A stretch of DNA of 64,000 nt, taken from NCBI GenBank assembly GCA_017470345.1, contig JAFUEP010000010.1, positions 16,799-80,798 of the forward strand, given 5' to 3'. Shown here in pieces: positions 18,701-28,366 of the stretch; position 1 is the stretch's first letter, and every line of letters starts with the position of its first letter. Below the pieces are notes generated by a model, which saw only the letters and a list, made by a program, of their open reading frames with translations, ran no database searches and had not been told where the DNA came from. The stretch is from Prevotella sp. (GTDB taxonomy: Bacteria > Bacteroidota > Bacteroidia > Bacteroidales > Bacteroidaceae). The translations under genes and the position numbers were made by a program.

Positions 18701-18959
18701 TAATTCTCACTATTTGGTACGAATTTATTTTACAAAACGACCGTCTGAGAACCCCTCTTTTTGCCTCGTTTGATTGTCATTTTTGAGCCTTTTATGAGGC
18801 TGGGCGTTGTCTATAAATGATAAAATGTTAACGGGTTAACAATTTTTGCGAAAATGTGTAAAATATAGACAAGGCGTTTTCACAGATATTAAGAATTTTT
18901 CTCGAATAAAAAGCATAACTCTGCAGCCAGATAGTATATATAATTAAATAAGGTATAGC

Positions 18960-20444
18960 ATGAACCGACTCAGACGTCTTTTGACCATCATGATGGTCAT
19001 CGTCGCCACGGCCACAGGCTGGGCACAAGCGAGTGTGACGATAGGCGGCACACCTGTCAGTAGTTACTCCGGCGAAGGGGTGGCCTGGAACGAGGCCACC
19101 GGCACGCTGAACCTCACCGACGCGCGGATTGAGGGGAGCGTGGAGCTGACGGGCCAGGTACAGGTGGTCCTCGACGGCGATAACAACATTGAGCTGATGG
19201 ACAACGGGACGTGCCTCGTCGTTAATGGCAACGTCACCATCAGCGGCGAAGGCAGCTTGAACTGCAGCTGCATGATGGAAGGCAACGGCATCCTGCTGGG
19301 CAGCAACAGCACACTCACCATCCGCGACTGCTCGGTCGTCGCCAGCGGACAGAGCTGGGATACAGGCGGAATGGGCGGAGGCACTGATCCTGACTATGGC
19401 TATGGCATCGCCGGGCTGCCCAACTATTCTGCCACGGCCACCCTCGTGGTCGACCATGCCAACGTGCAGGCCTCGGGCCCTAACGGCAGCATCTGCCGTC
19501 TGGCGGCGCTGACGCTGCAGAACAACTCTGTTATCACGTCGCCCCAGAATACTTCGTTCATGGGTGGGGGTGTTTATGCCCTGTCGTCCTATGGGACCTA
19601 TGAGTTAGTGAAAGACGCCGGCGTGACGATCAGCGTCACCGAGCCCGAGCCCTACGCCGTGCTCCTCGACAATGGCGAGCTGACGTTCTACTACGACATC
19701 TACGTCGACACCCACCAGTACAACTGCACCGTCTATAAGCTCAACGACGGCTACGTGACGACTGTGAATGGTCAGCAGTGCACCAAGTGGGCCGGCTCGC
19801 ACAACAACACCAGCATCACGAGCGTTAGCATCGATCAGTCGTTCGACACGTTCCGGCCCAGCAACTGCTCCTACCTGTTCAAGGGCCTCAGCGCCGTGAC
19901 CAGCATCGAGGGCCTCGAGTATCTGCACACCGACAACGCGACCTCCTTGGAGTCGATGTTCCAGAACTGCCAGTCGCTCACGAGCCTCGACCTCTCGGGC
20001 TTCTCTACGGAGAAAGTGAGGGTGATGAGCGAGATGTTTGACGGCTGCCAGTCGCTCACGAGCCTCGACCTCTCGAGCTTCTCGACCGCGCGGGTGACCA
20101 TGATGAACAACATGTTCGCCTACTGCCCGCAGCTGACCAGCCTCGACCTCTCTGGCTTCTCCACCGCCAGCGCGACGACGATGGAGGGCATGTTCCAGTA
20201 TAGCACCGGGCTCGTCACACTCGACCTGCGCAACTTCGCCACCGGCCCGAACACCGACGCCAGCTACATGTTCCGCGGCTGCTCGGCCCTGCAGACCATC
20301 TTCTGCAACAACACATGGGACGGCAGCGGCAGCGGCCTGTTCGGGGGCTGCACCAACCTGCGCAACAGCATCAGCGGCGTCAGCTACGACGCCGCCAACA
20401 TCGACATCGCCGACGTCAGCACGCTCATCGACATCCTCCTCTGA
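18960..20444 (+). CDS. BspA/DUF285-type surface repeat protein with truncated dockerin-like tail
   Basis: Signal peptide; ~26-aa repeats of the form MFxxCxSLTSLDLSxFST; ends NIDIADVSTLIDILL. Confidence 0.85.
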   Translation: MNRLRRLLTIMMVIVATATGWAQASVTIGGTPVSSYSGEGVAWNEATGTLNLTDARIEGSVELTGQVQVVLDGDNNIELMDNGTCLVVNGNVTISGEGSLNCSCMMEGNGILLGSNSTLTIRDCSVVASGQSWDTGGMGGGTDPDYGYGIAGLPNYSATATLVVDHANVQASGPNGSICRLAALTLQNNSVITSPQNTSFMGGGVYALSSYGTYELVKDAGVTISVTEPEPYAVLLDNGELTFYYDIYVDTHQYNCTVYKLNDGYVTTVNGQQCTKWAGSHNNTSITSVSIDQSFDTFRPSNCSYLFKGLSAVTSIEGLEYLHTDNATSLESMFQNCQSLTSLDLSGFSTEKVRVMSEMFDGCQSLTSLDLSSFSTARVTMMNNMFAYCPQLTSLDLSGFSTASATTMEGMFQYSTGLVTLDLRNFATGPNTDASYMFRGCSALQTIFCNNTWDGSGSGLFGGCTNLRNSISGVSYDAANIDIADVSTLIDILL

Positions 20445-20457
20445 GCTACACCCGCCC

Positions 20458-20688
20458 CGACGGGTGTACGAGAATTTTAGACGGATGTACGAGATTTTTT
20501 AAGACGGACGTACGGATGAACAATAATTAAGACGGATGTACGGATGGACGGGGCAGCGCCGATTTTTAATTTTTCTTTGGCGCAGCCCCGTTCATCCGTA
20601 CATCCGTCTTAATAAAACTCGTCCATCCGTACATCCGTCTAAAAAATAGTCCATCCGTACATCCGTCTTTAATTCTCCGTCCCCCGTC
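20458..20688. repeat. ~230-bp palindrome of gacggatgtacggatg units (8-bp period)
   Basis: Four direct units then three inverted units around a ggggcagcgcc / ggcgcagcccc stem. Confidence 0.9.
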
Positions 20689-20755
20689 GATGAACTTTTT
20701 TTGTCTATTCCGAAAAAAATATCGGAAAATGCATTGCCGTATGAGATATATTTCG

Positions 20756-20763
20756 TAACTTTG
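20756..20763 (+). promoter_or_regulatory. Bacteroidota -7 element (TAACTTTG) for nrdD
   Basis: TAnnTTTG about 120 bp upstream of the nrdD start. Confidence 0.55.
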
Positions 20764-20882
20764 CAACCGATTCCGGTTTGCCAAAACGGATAACTTTTTG
20801 ATGAAGGAAAAAGAAAAAGTTTTCCAAAACGGAAAACTTCACCGGCCGCAAAGGAACAACAAAACATAGAAAGCTAACAATA

Positions 20883-22979
20883 ATGGAAATCAAAAACTTT
20901 ACCATCACGAAGCGGGATGGCTCGAAAGACCGCTTCTCGCTCGACAAGATCATGAACGCCATCATCAAGGCGTTCCAGAGCGTCGATGAGCCCTCCGACC
21001 TGGGCACTATCTCGAAGATTCTCAGCCACTTGGACATCCATGACGATATCACCGTCGAGGACATCCAGAACCAGGTGGAGGAGGCTCTGATGCACGAGGG
21101 CCACTACCGCGTGGCCAAGTCGTTCATCATCTATCGCCAGGAGCACACCGAGGATCGCGAGACGCTGCAGAAGATGCAGTTCCTCTCCGACTACATGGAC
21201 TCCGTCAATGCGGCCACCGGTTCGAAGTACGACGCCAATGCCAACGTTGAGCACAAAAATATCGCCACGCTCATCGGCGAGTTGCCCAAGTCGAACTTCA
21301 TCCGCCTGAACCGCCGCCTGCTGACCGACCGCATCAAGAAGATGTTCGGCAAGCAGCTGGCCGACGAGTATATCGACATGCTGACCCACCACTTTATTTA
21401 TAAGAACGACGAGACCTCGCTGGCCAACTACTGCGCCTCGATCACGATGTACCCCTGGCTCATCGGCGGCACCGCCTCCATCGGCGGCAACTCGACGGCC
21501 CCGACTAACCTCAAGTCGTTCTGCGGCGGCTTCGCCAACATGGTGTTCATGGTCTCGTCGATGCTCTCCGGCGCCTGCGCCACGCCCGAGTTCCTCATGT
21601 ACATGAACTACTTCCTCGGGCTGGAGTACGGCAAAGACTACTTCGAGCGCGCCGACGAGGTCGTCGACCTCTCGCTCAAGCACCGCACCATCGACAAGGT
21701 CATCACCGACTGCTTCGAGCAGATCGTCTACACCCTCAACCAGCCCACCGGCGCCCGCAACTATCAGGCCGTCTTCTGGAATGTGGCCTACTATGACCGC
21801 TACTACTTCGAGTCGATCTTCGGCGAGTTCTACTTCCCCAACGGCGAGAAGCCCGACTGGAACGGACTCTCGTGGCTCCAGAAGCGCTTCATGAAGTGGT
21901 TCAACAAGGAGCGCACCAAGACGCTCCTGACCTTCCCCGTCGAGACCATGGCCCTGCTGACCGACGGCAACGGCGAGTGCCTCGACAAGGAGTGGGGCGA
22001 CTTCACGGCCGAGATGTACGCCGAGGGCCACTCGTTCTTCACCTACATGAGCGACAATGCCGACTCGCTCTCGTCGTGCTGCCGCCTGCGCAATGAGATC
22101 ACCGACAACGGCTTCTCCTACACGCTTGGCGCCGGCGGCGTCTCCACCGGCTCGAAGTCGGTGCTGACAATCAACCTCAACCGCTGCATCCAGTATGCCG
22201 TCAACCACGGCAAGGACTATCTGGAGTATCTCGGCGGCATCATCGACCTTTGCCACAAGGTGCAGCTGGCCTACAACGAGAACCTCAAGGAGCTGCAGGC
22301 CCACGGCATGCTGCCGCTCTTCGATGCCGGCTACATCAACATCGCCCGCCAGTATCTGACCATCGGCATCAACGGCCTCGTCGAGGCTGCCGAGTTCATG
22401 GGCCTCAAGATCACGCCCAACGACGACTACCTCCACTTCGTGCAGGGCATCCTGGGTCTGATCGAGAAGTATAACAAGCAGTACCGCACGAAGGAGGTCA
22501 TGTTCAACTGCGAGATGATCCCGGCCGAGAACGTCGGCGTGAAGCACGCCAAGTGGGACCGCGAGGACGGCTACTTCGTGCCCCGCGACTGCTACAACTC
22601 CTACTTCTACGTCGTCGAGGACGACTCGCTCTCCATCATCGACAAGTTCAAGCTCCACGGCGCCCCCTACATCGAGCACCTCACGGGCGGCTCGGCCCTC
22701 CACATGAACCTCGAGGAGCACCTCTCGAAGGAGCAGTATCGCCAGCTGCTGAAGGTGGCTGCGCAGGAGGGCTGCAACTACTTCACGTTCAACATTCCCA
22801 ACACCGTCTGCAACGACTGCGGCCATATCGACAAGCGCTACCTCAAGGAGTGCCCCCACTGCCACTCGAAGAACGTCGACTACATGACCCGCATCATCGG
22901 CTACCTCAAGCGCGTCTCCAACTTCTCGCAGGCCCGCCAGGAGGAGGCCTCGCGCCGATACTATGCACACGTGAGCTGA
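20883..22979 (+). CDS. nrdD: Anaerobic (class III) ribonucleoside-triphosphate reductase
   Basis: N-terminal ATP cone (ITKRDGS), NYC, SSCCRL, Zn site CNDC...CPHC, glycyl-radical loop TRIIGYL. Confidence 0.96.
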   Translation: MEIKNFTITKRDGSKDRFSLDKIMNAIIKAFQSVDEPSDLGTISKILSHLDIHDDITVEDIQNQVEEALMHEGHYRVAKSFIIYRQEHTEDRETLQKMQFLSDYMDSVNAATGSKYDANANVEHKNIATLIGELPKSNFIRLNRRLLTDRIKKMFGKQLADEYIDMLTHHFIYKNDETSLANYCASITMYPWLIGGTASIGGNSTAPTNLKSFCGGFANMVFMVSSMLSGACATPEFLMYMNYFLGLEYGKDYFERADEVVDLSLKHRTIDKVITDCFEQIVYTLNQPTGARNYQAVFWNVAYYDRYYFESIFGEFYFPNGEKPDWNGLSWLQKRFMKWFNKERTKTLLTFPVETMALLTDGNGECLDKEWGDFTAEMYAEGHSFFTYMSDNADSLSSCCRLRNEITDNGFSYTLGAGGVSTGSKSVLTINLNRCIQYAVNHGKDYLEYLGGIIDLCHKVQLAYNENLKELQAHGMLPLFDAGYINIARQYLTIGINGLVEAAEFMGLKITPNDDYLHFVQGILGLIEKYNKQYRTKEVMFNCEMIPAENVGVKHAKWDREDGYFVPRDCYNSYFYVVEDDSLSIIDKFKLHGAPYIEHLTGGSALHMNLEEHLSKEQYRQLLKVAAQEGCNYFTFNIPNTVCNDCGHIDKRYLKECPHCHSKNVDYMTRIIGYLKRVSNFSQARQEEASRRYYAHVS

Positions 22980-23010
22980 TTCGCGCTTGAGCGACGCAGC
23001 GTGCAGAAAC

Positions 23011-23133
23011 CGGAAAGTGGCGCTTTTCGAAGGTAATATACCCCTATATTACTATCGAGAAGTGCCGTTTCTTTCTGTCCGAACCGTCGCTTCGCGCCCC
23101 GCGAAGCACCGCTTCGGGCCAACCGAAGCGGTC
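23011..23133. repeat. Degenerate copy of the 22-bp-period palindromic element
   Basis: aagtggcgcttttcga, gagaagtgccgtttct, gaagcaccgcttc in the nrdD-nrdG spacer. Confidence 0.5.
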
Positions 23134-23155
23134 GATGAATTAAAAAGAAAGAACC

Positions 23156-23623
23156 ATGCTGAAATATGTCAATACGGGCGTCGTCTTCCAGGAAATCCCC
23201 GACGAGACGACGCTGGCCATCAATATCTCCGGCTGCCCGTGCCGATGCCCGGGCTGCCACAGCCAGTATCTTTGGGACGACGTGGGCGAGCCACTCACGC
23301 AGAGTGTGCTGGACGATTTCGTCGTCCAGTATGGCGCCGACATCACCTGCCTGGCCTTCATGGGCGGCGACGCAGACCCGCAGGAGGTGAACCGCCTGGC
23401 CTGCTACGTCCATGAGCGCTGGCCGCAGCTGCGCGTGGCCTGGTATAGCGGCCGGCTGCGCGTGCCCTCGGCGGTGCGCAAGCAGGACTTCGACTACATC
23501 AAGATCGGGCCCTACATCCGCCACCTCGGCCCCCTGAAGAAGCCGACTACCAACCAGCGCCTCTATCGCCGCCGTCCCGACGGCACGTTCGAGGACATCA
23601 CCTCGCGCTTCTGGACCCGCTGA
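23156..23623 (+). CDS. nrdG: Anaerobic RNR activating protein (radical SAM)
   Basis: CPCRCPGC motif, FMGGD, KIGPY, TTNQRLY; immediately after nrdD. Confidence 0.95.
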   Translation: MLKYVNTGVVFQEIPDETTLAINISGCPCRCPGCHSQYLWDDVGEPLTQSVLDDFVVQYGADITCLAFMGGDADPQEVNRLACYVHERWPQLRVAWYSGRLRVPSAVRKQDFDYIKIGPYIRHLGPLKKPTTNQRLYRRRPDGTFEDITSRFWTR

Positions 23624-23639
23624 CGCCTTTCTTGAAACA

Positions 23640-23723
23640 ACGAATGAAGACGAATTACACGAATTGAACGAATTAATACTGATTTCACGAATTAACACTG
23701 ATTCCACGGATTAGTACCGATTC
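23640..23723 (+). repeat. Single-arm run of 9-10 bp cacgaatta-type units
   Basis: gacgaatta cacgaattg aacgaatta ... cacgaatta ... cacggatta; same motif as the GxxExxY cassette 1 ends. Confidence 0.7.
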
Positions 23724-23725
23724 TT

Positions 23726-23760
23726 AAAAACCGCAAAAAAGCTTTGCGGTTTTATTTTTT
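23726..23760 (+). terminator. Intrinsic terminator after nrdG
   Basis: aaaaaccgcaaa / tttgcggtttt stem followed by a T tract. Confidence 0.7.
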
Positions 23761-23794
23761 ATATGTACCTTTGTACCGCTTTTAGAAACTAATT

Positions 23795-24640
23795 ATGGAA
23801 ATCATTAAGAATCAGCATTTCGAGGGCGAGCGTCCGCTCTTCGAGAAGCACAACGTGAGATTGGAACAGGTGACCATCGGCGACGGCGAGAGCGCCATCA
23901 AGGAGTGTAGCAACATCGAGGCAGAGGACTGCCGCTTCTGGGGCAAGTATCCCTTCTGGCATGTCCACGGCTTCCGGATCAACCGCTGCCAGTTTGACGT
24001 CGGCGCCCGCTCGGCCCTCTGGTACAGCGACCACATGGACATGCGCAACACGCGCATCGACGGGCCGAAGATGTTCCGCGAGATGGACGACCTCTACCTG
24101 GAGAATGTCGTCATCAACGATGCCGACGAGACCTTCTGGCGCTGTCGCAACGTGCGTGCCCGCAACCTGAAGCTGCACGACGGCACCTATCCCTTCATGT
24201 TCTCGGAGAACATCGAGATCGACGGTCTGCGCTGCGACTCGAAATATGTCTTCCAGTACTGCAAGAACGTCACGCTGCGCGATGCCCACATCGTCACGAA
24301 GGACTCCTTCTGGGAGTGCGAGAACATCACCATCATCGACTCCGAGCTCGACGGCGAGTATCTGGCCTGGCACTCCAAGAACGTGCGCCTCGTCAACTGC
24401 CACCTCTCTGGCGAGCAGCTGCTCTGCTATGCCGACAACCTCGTGCTCGAGGGCTGCACCTTCGACCCTCTGTGCGACCGCGTCTTCGAATACAGCGACG
24501 TGCAGGCCGACATCCGCGGACATATCGCCAACATCAAGAACCCGTCGTCGGGCCACATCGTGTCCGACTCCGTCGGCTCGGTCACCATCGACGAGAACAT
24601 CAAGCAGCCGGCCAACTGCGTCATCGAAATCCGAAAGTGA
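23795..24640 (+). CDS. DUF3737 family protein
   Basis: GERPLF, GESAIKE, GKYPFWH, RSALWY, GEYLAW, beta-helix-like repeats; -7 promoter TACCTTTG at 23766-23773. Confidence 0.88.
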   Translation: MEIIKNQHFEGERPLFEKHNVRLEQVTIGDGESAIKECSNIEAEDCRFWGKYPFWHVHGFRINRCQFDVGARSALWYSDHMDMRNTRIDGPKMFREMDDLYLENVVINDADETFWRCRNVRARNLKLHDGTYPFMFSENIEIDGLRCDSKYVFQYCKNVTLRDAHIVTKDSFWECENITIIDSELDGEYLAWHSKNVRLVNCHLSGEQLLCYADNLVLEGCTFDPLCDRVFEYSDVQADIRGHIANIKNPSSGHIVSDSVGSVTIDENIKQPANCVIEIRK

Positions 24641-26565
24641 TGAAACACGTCGTCGCCCTCCTCACCGCCCTGATCCTCTGCGTCGCCTGCGGCCGTCAGT
24701 CTGACAGCCGCAGCCGGGTGCAGCAGCTCGTCTTTGAGTCAGAACAGCGTCTCGAGGCCGACGACATCGACTCGGCATGGGTGCTCCTGGAGCATGCCTA
24801 CGACTATGCTGCCGGGCTGCACGACGACGGCGGACGCGCCGAGGCCCTGCTGGCCATGGCCCGCCATCACAACATGATGGACCGCCCCGACTCGGCCCTC
24901 AGCTGTCTGCGGCGCGGTCTCGACGCCTGGCCCCAGGCCCCTGACTCCCTGCTGGCCCAGTATTACGCCGAGCTGTCGGCCACCAGCAACGTCATGGGCG
25001 ACATGGCGGCGGCGGTGGAGTGGGGACGTCTGGCCCTGCCGCTGATGCAGCGCTACGGCTCGAGCGAGGACTATGCCATCATGTGCGGTAACACGGGCAT
25101 TGCCTACCGCCGCCTGGGGCAGAACGACTCGGCCGCCATCTGCTACCAGCAGGGCCTCGAGGCCGCCCTCGCCGCCGGCGACCACGACAGCGAGGCCTAT
25201 CTGGCCAACAACCTCAGCGTGCTCTTTGCCGAGATGGGGCGCCTGGACGAGAGCCTCGGCTATGCCGACAAGGCCATCGCCGCTGCCACCGCCGGCGGCG
25301 ACGACGTGGAGCGCCTCTCGGCCCAGGCCAACAAAGGCATCGCCCTGCTGATGAGCCATCGCGACGACGAGGCCGTCAGCCTGCTGACCGCCACCTTCGA
25401 GGCGGCCGACAGCACCGACAGCACGCCGCTCAAGCTCAAGACCATCAACTACCTGCTGAAGGCGCTGTCCAGTCAGCCCGCCGCGCCCGCCGTGAGCCGC
25501 TACCTGCAGCGTGGCGAGGAGATCGCCGCTCAGCTGCCGCCCGGCAACACGGCCGCCGCCGGCATCCTGGAGTCGCGCATGATCATCCTCACCGAGCAGG
25601 GCCGCTATGCTGAGGCGCTCCAGACCATCAGCCGGCTGGAGGAGCTGATGCAGCTGCAGCAGGTCATCCCCCCACATAAGCTGTTAGGCAACAAGAGCCG
25701 CTGCCTGGCCGCCCTGGGCCGCTACGACGAGGCTTACCGGCTGGAGCACGAGGCTGCCGTGCTGGCCGACTCGCTGCACAGCGCCGAGAGCCAGCGCCGC
25801 CTCGACGAGCTCGCCACCAATTATCGCGTGATGGAGAAAGAGCTCGAGGTGGCTCAGCTCAGCGCACGCCAGGCCCGCAGCCAGCGCAGCATCGGCCTGC
25901 TGGCCGCCGCCTTGGCCGTGCTCGTAGCCGCCGTGGTGGCCATGGCCGTCTGGATGCGCCAGCGCCGCCAGAAGGCCCAGATGCGCGAGACGCGCAAATA
26001 CGTCGAGGGCATGGAGCAGGAGCGCTCGCGCTTCGCCCACGAGCTGCACGACGGTGCCTGCAACGACCTGCTGGCCATCGGCATGCAGCTGCGTACCGCC
26101 CAGCCCGACCATACGGCCATCGCCACCCAGGTCGGCACGCTGCGCAGCCATCTGCGCCGCCTCTCACATGAGCTCATGCCGCCCCAGTTCGCCGGGGGCG
26201 TCACGCTGCCCGACGCCCTTTCCCACTACCTCAGCCATATCGAGACGCCCGCCGTCAGCTTCCGTGCCGACGAGGGCCAGTGGCAGCGCCTGCCCGCCAA
26301 CACCAGCTACCAGCTCTACCGCATCGTCCAGGAGGCCGTCGGCAACATCGCCGAGCACCAGGGTGAGCAGGCCCGCGGCAGCGTCGTGCTGCAGTTTGGC
26401 GACGGCCAGCCCCGCCTGACCATCACCTCCGTAGGCAAGTCGGCGGCCGGCGACGGCACTGGCATCGGCCTGCAGTCGATGACCGACCGGGCCGCCAGCA
26501 TCGGCTATCGCCTCACCACGGAGAGCGAGGGCGACACGTGGACACTGAAGGTCGGCAGGGATTAG
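24640..26565 (+). CDS. TPR-containing sensor histidine kinase (HisKA_3 type)
   Basis: Start at TGATG overlap (MKHVVALL); TPR motifs; TM helix; ERSRFAHELHDG; YRIVQEAVGN; GIGLQSM. Confidence 0.88.
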   Translation: MKHVVALLTALILCVACGRQSDSRSRVQQLVFESEQRLEADDIDSAWVLLEHAYDYAAGLHDDGGRAEALLAMARHHNMMDRPDSALSCLRRGLDAWPQAPDSLLAQYYAELSATSNVMGDMAAAVEWGRLALPLMQRYGSSEDYAIMCGNTGIAYRRLGQNDSAAICYQQGLEAALAAGDHDSEAYLANNLSVLFAEMGRLDESLGYADKAIAAATAGGDDVERLSAQANKGIALLMSHRDDEAVSLLTATFEAADSTDSTPLKLKTINYLLKALSSQPAAPAVSRYLQRGEEIAAQLPPGNTAAAGILESRMIILTEQGRYAEALQTISRLEELMQLQQVIPPHKLLGNKSRCLAALGRYDEAYRLEHEAAVLADSLHSAESQRRLDELATNYRVMEKELEVAQLSARQARSQRSIGLLAAALAVLVAAVVAMAVWMRQRRQKAQMRETRKYVEGMEQERSRFAHELHDGACNDLLAIGMQLRTAQPDHTAIATQVGTLRSHLRRLSHELMPPQFAGGVTLPDALSHYLSHIETPAVSFRADEGQWQRLPANTSYQLYRIVQEAVGNIAEHQGEQARGSVVLQFGDGQPRLTITSVGKSAAGDGTGIGLQSMTDRAASIGYRLTTESEGDTWTLKVGRD

Positions 26566-26575
26566 GCGCCGTCAC

Positions 26576-26598
26576 ACTACGGCAAGCCGTAGTTTTTC
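26576..26598 (+). terminator. Short intrinsic terminator between kinase and regulator
   Basis: actacggc-aa-gccgtagt followed by a T run. Confidence 0.5.
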
Positions 26599-26668
26599 GA
26601 CGTCTTCGTTTATTTTTACAGCAAAGAGCAATGCTTCTTTGCTGTTTTTTTATTACCTTTGCCACAAC

Positions 26669-27337
26669 ATGAATACCTATACACTACAGAAGAATACTAC
26701 AGAGCATACGGCTAACCCTTCGCTGCTCATCATCGAGGACCATGAGATCGTGGCGCTCGGACTGAAGACTCTCGTCGCATCCATGACCACATTCACCACC
26801 GTCGACTGCGCCACCACCGCCCGACAGGCCATGGAGCTCACCGTCAGCCATCCCTACGATGTCTACATCATCGACGTGGAACTGCCCGACATGACCGGCA
26901 TCGAGCTTGTCAAGAGTCTGAAGACCCTCTCGCCCGACAGCGCCTTCATCTTCCACACCATCCACGACGAGCTATGGACCCTCCGACAGATGATCAACAG
27001 CGACGTCAACGCCATCGTCATGAAGGCCGAGGACACCACCGAGCTGCTCACCGCCATCAGCTGTGTCCTCGAGGGCAACAACTACTTCAGCCCCCACTTC
27101 CGCGAGTGCTGCGAGCAGATGGAGCGCTATCAGCCCCTCTCCGACCGCGAGCGCGAGATCCTGAAGCTCATCGCCGAGGGCCTCATGACGAAGGACATCG
27201 CCGACCGCCTCTTCGTCTCGCCCAACACCATCGAGTTCCACCGCAAGCGCATCATGCGCAAGCTCGGCGTCACCAACATGGCGCAACTCGTCAAGGAGGG
27301 CATCGCCAAGGGATACATCAAAGTGAAACGTTCATAA
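26669..27337 (+). CDS. NarL/LuxR family response regulator
   Basis: IIEDHEIV, IDVELPDMTG, C-terminal LSDREREILKLIAEG...HRKRIMRKLG; own -7 element TACCTTTG at 26654-26661. Confidence 0.93.
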   Translation: MNTYTLQKNTTEHTANPSLLIIEDHEIVALGLKTLVASMTTFTTVDCATTARQAMELTVSHPYDVYIIDVELPDMTGIELVKSLKTLSPDSAFIFHTIHDELWTLRQMINSDVNAIVMKAEDTTELLTAISCVLEGNNYFSPHFRECCEQMERYQPLSDREREILKLIAEGLMTKDIADRLFVSPNTIEFHRKRIMRKLGVTNMAQLVKEGIAKGYIKVKRS

Positions 27338-27356
27338 ATCGTAATATCGTATAATT

Positions 27357-28352
27357 ATGAAAAGACTTTTTCTCTCTTTAGCTCTTGTCGTCGCAGCCTG
27401 CCTCAACGCCGCTGCACAGACTAACCTCATCGCCACGCTCACCCACAACGACAAACTCACCGCCTACTACGGCGAGGAGGCCCTCAAGGAAGCCTATGCC
27501 GCCGCACAGGACGGCGACGTCATCACCCTCTCCAGCGGCACCTTTTCTTGTCCCGACACCATCCGCAAGGCCATCAGCCTCAAGGGGGCAGGGATGGCGA
27601 ACCACGGGCAACAGCCGCCCACCATGGTCAAGGGCGACATCGTCCTGATGGGGCAACAGGACAAGAAGCAGATGGCCGTAGAGGGAATCCATTTTCTGGG
27701 GATAGCGAAAGCATCTGGTAATGGTCTCAAGGACGAGGTGACGTTTCTTAAATGTCGCTTAAAGGCAATGGCTTACAATGTGTTTGCAAAGTATATCAGT
27801 TGCTTGCTCCAAGGAGGCGTCGACCTTGGGAATCAATACTATGTGACTCCCACCCAAGCTTATTGCTCCAACTGCATCATTAATGGTTCTATCTTGGGAT
27901 CCGAGCCTGAGCGTTCCATCACCATCGACCACTGCATCGCCAACTGCTATACGCTGACAGATCGCCTGACGGCCATGAACTCCGTAATTATTTATCCAGG
28001 CAATTACGGCAATCCCGAGTCGAACTTCAGCCATTGCGTGGGTGTCTCCACATCGCAGGACGCCGACTACTTCGAATTCAGTCCCGACGGCCAGAACCAG
28101 ATGGTCTATGGCTATGAGAACCTGTTCAAGACCTGGCGGGGCGATGACAATATGTTCGACCTGACCGAGCTCTTCGACCTGACCGACGAGGCCGCCGCCA
28201 AGTATCTGGGCGACGACGACTCTCAGGTGGGCATCCATGGTGGCTCGGCACCCTTCGACCCGCTGCCCTCGACGGCACAGGTGAAGAAGTACGGCTTGAA
28301 GACCGCTCAGGATGCCGACGGCAACATCAAGGTGACGATCAACGTCGAATAA
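27357..28352 (+). CDS. Secreted hypothetical protein (beta-helix-like)
   Basis: Signal peptide; AAQDGDVITLSSGTF; VGIHGGSAPF. Confidence 0.75.
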   Translation: MKRLFLSLALVVAACLNAAAQTNLIATLTHNDKLTAYYGEEALKEAYAAAQDGDVITLSSGTFSCPDTIRKAISLKGAGMANHGQQPPTMVKGDIVLMGQQDKKQMAVEGIHFLGIAKASGNGLKDEVTFLKCRLKAMAYNVFAKYISCLLQGGVDLGNQYYVTPTQAYCSNCIINGSILGSEPERSITIDHCIANCYTLTDRLTAMNSVIIYPGNYGNPESNFSHCVGVSTSQDADYFEFSPDGQNQMVYGYENLFKTWRGDDNMFDLTELFDLTDEAAAKYLGDDDSQVGIHGGSAPFDPLPSTAQVKKYGLKTAQDADGNIKVTINVE

Positions 28353-28366
28353 ACGCTTCGAGGCCT

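Noticed and set aside
19955-20170. Near-identical DNA repeats in the BspA-like gene as DGR template/variable repeats
   Set aside because: They are ordinary in-frame 78-bp protein repeats without adenine-specific differences, and there is no reverse transcriptase in the window.
20764-20882. Cobalamin riboswitch or NrdR box in the nrdD leader
   Set aside because: I could not identify a B12 box or a convincing NrdR palindrome by eye; an Rfam scan would settle it.
20874-22970. 698-aa ORF antisense to nrdD (likewise 12561-14090, 41619-43544, 46815-48134, 50177-52033, 57649-58899)
   Set aside because: Stop-free mirror frames are expected with extreme GC3 bias, and the recognisable proteins are on the other strand.
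24316-24639. 108-aa N-terminal extension of the histidine kinase
   Set aside because: Overlaps DUF3737 out of frame; the signal-like MKHVVALL at 24640 is the likely start.
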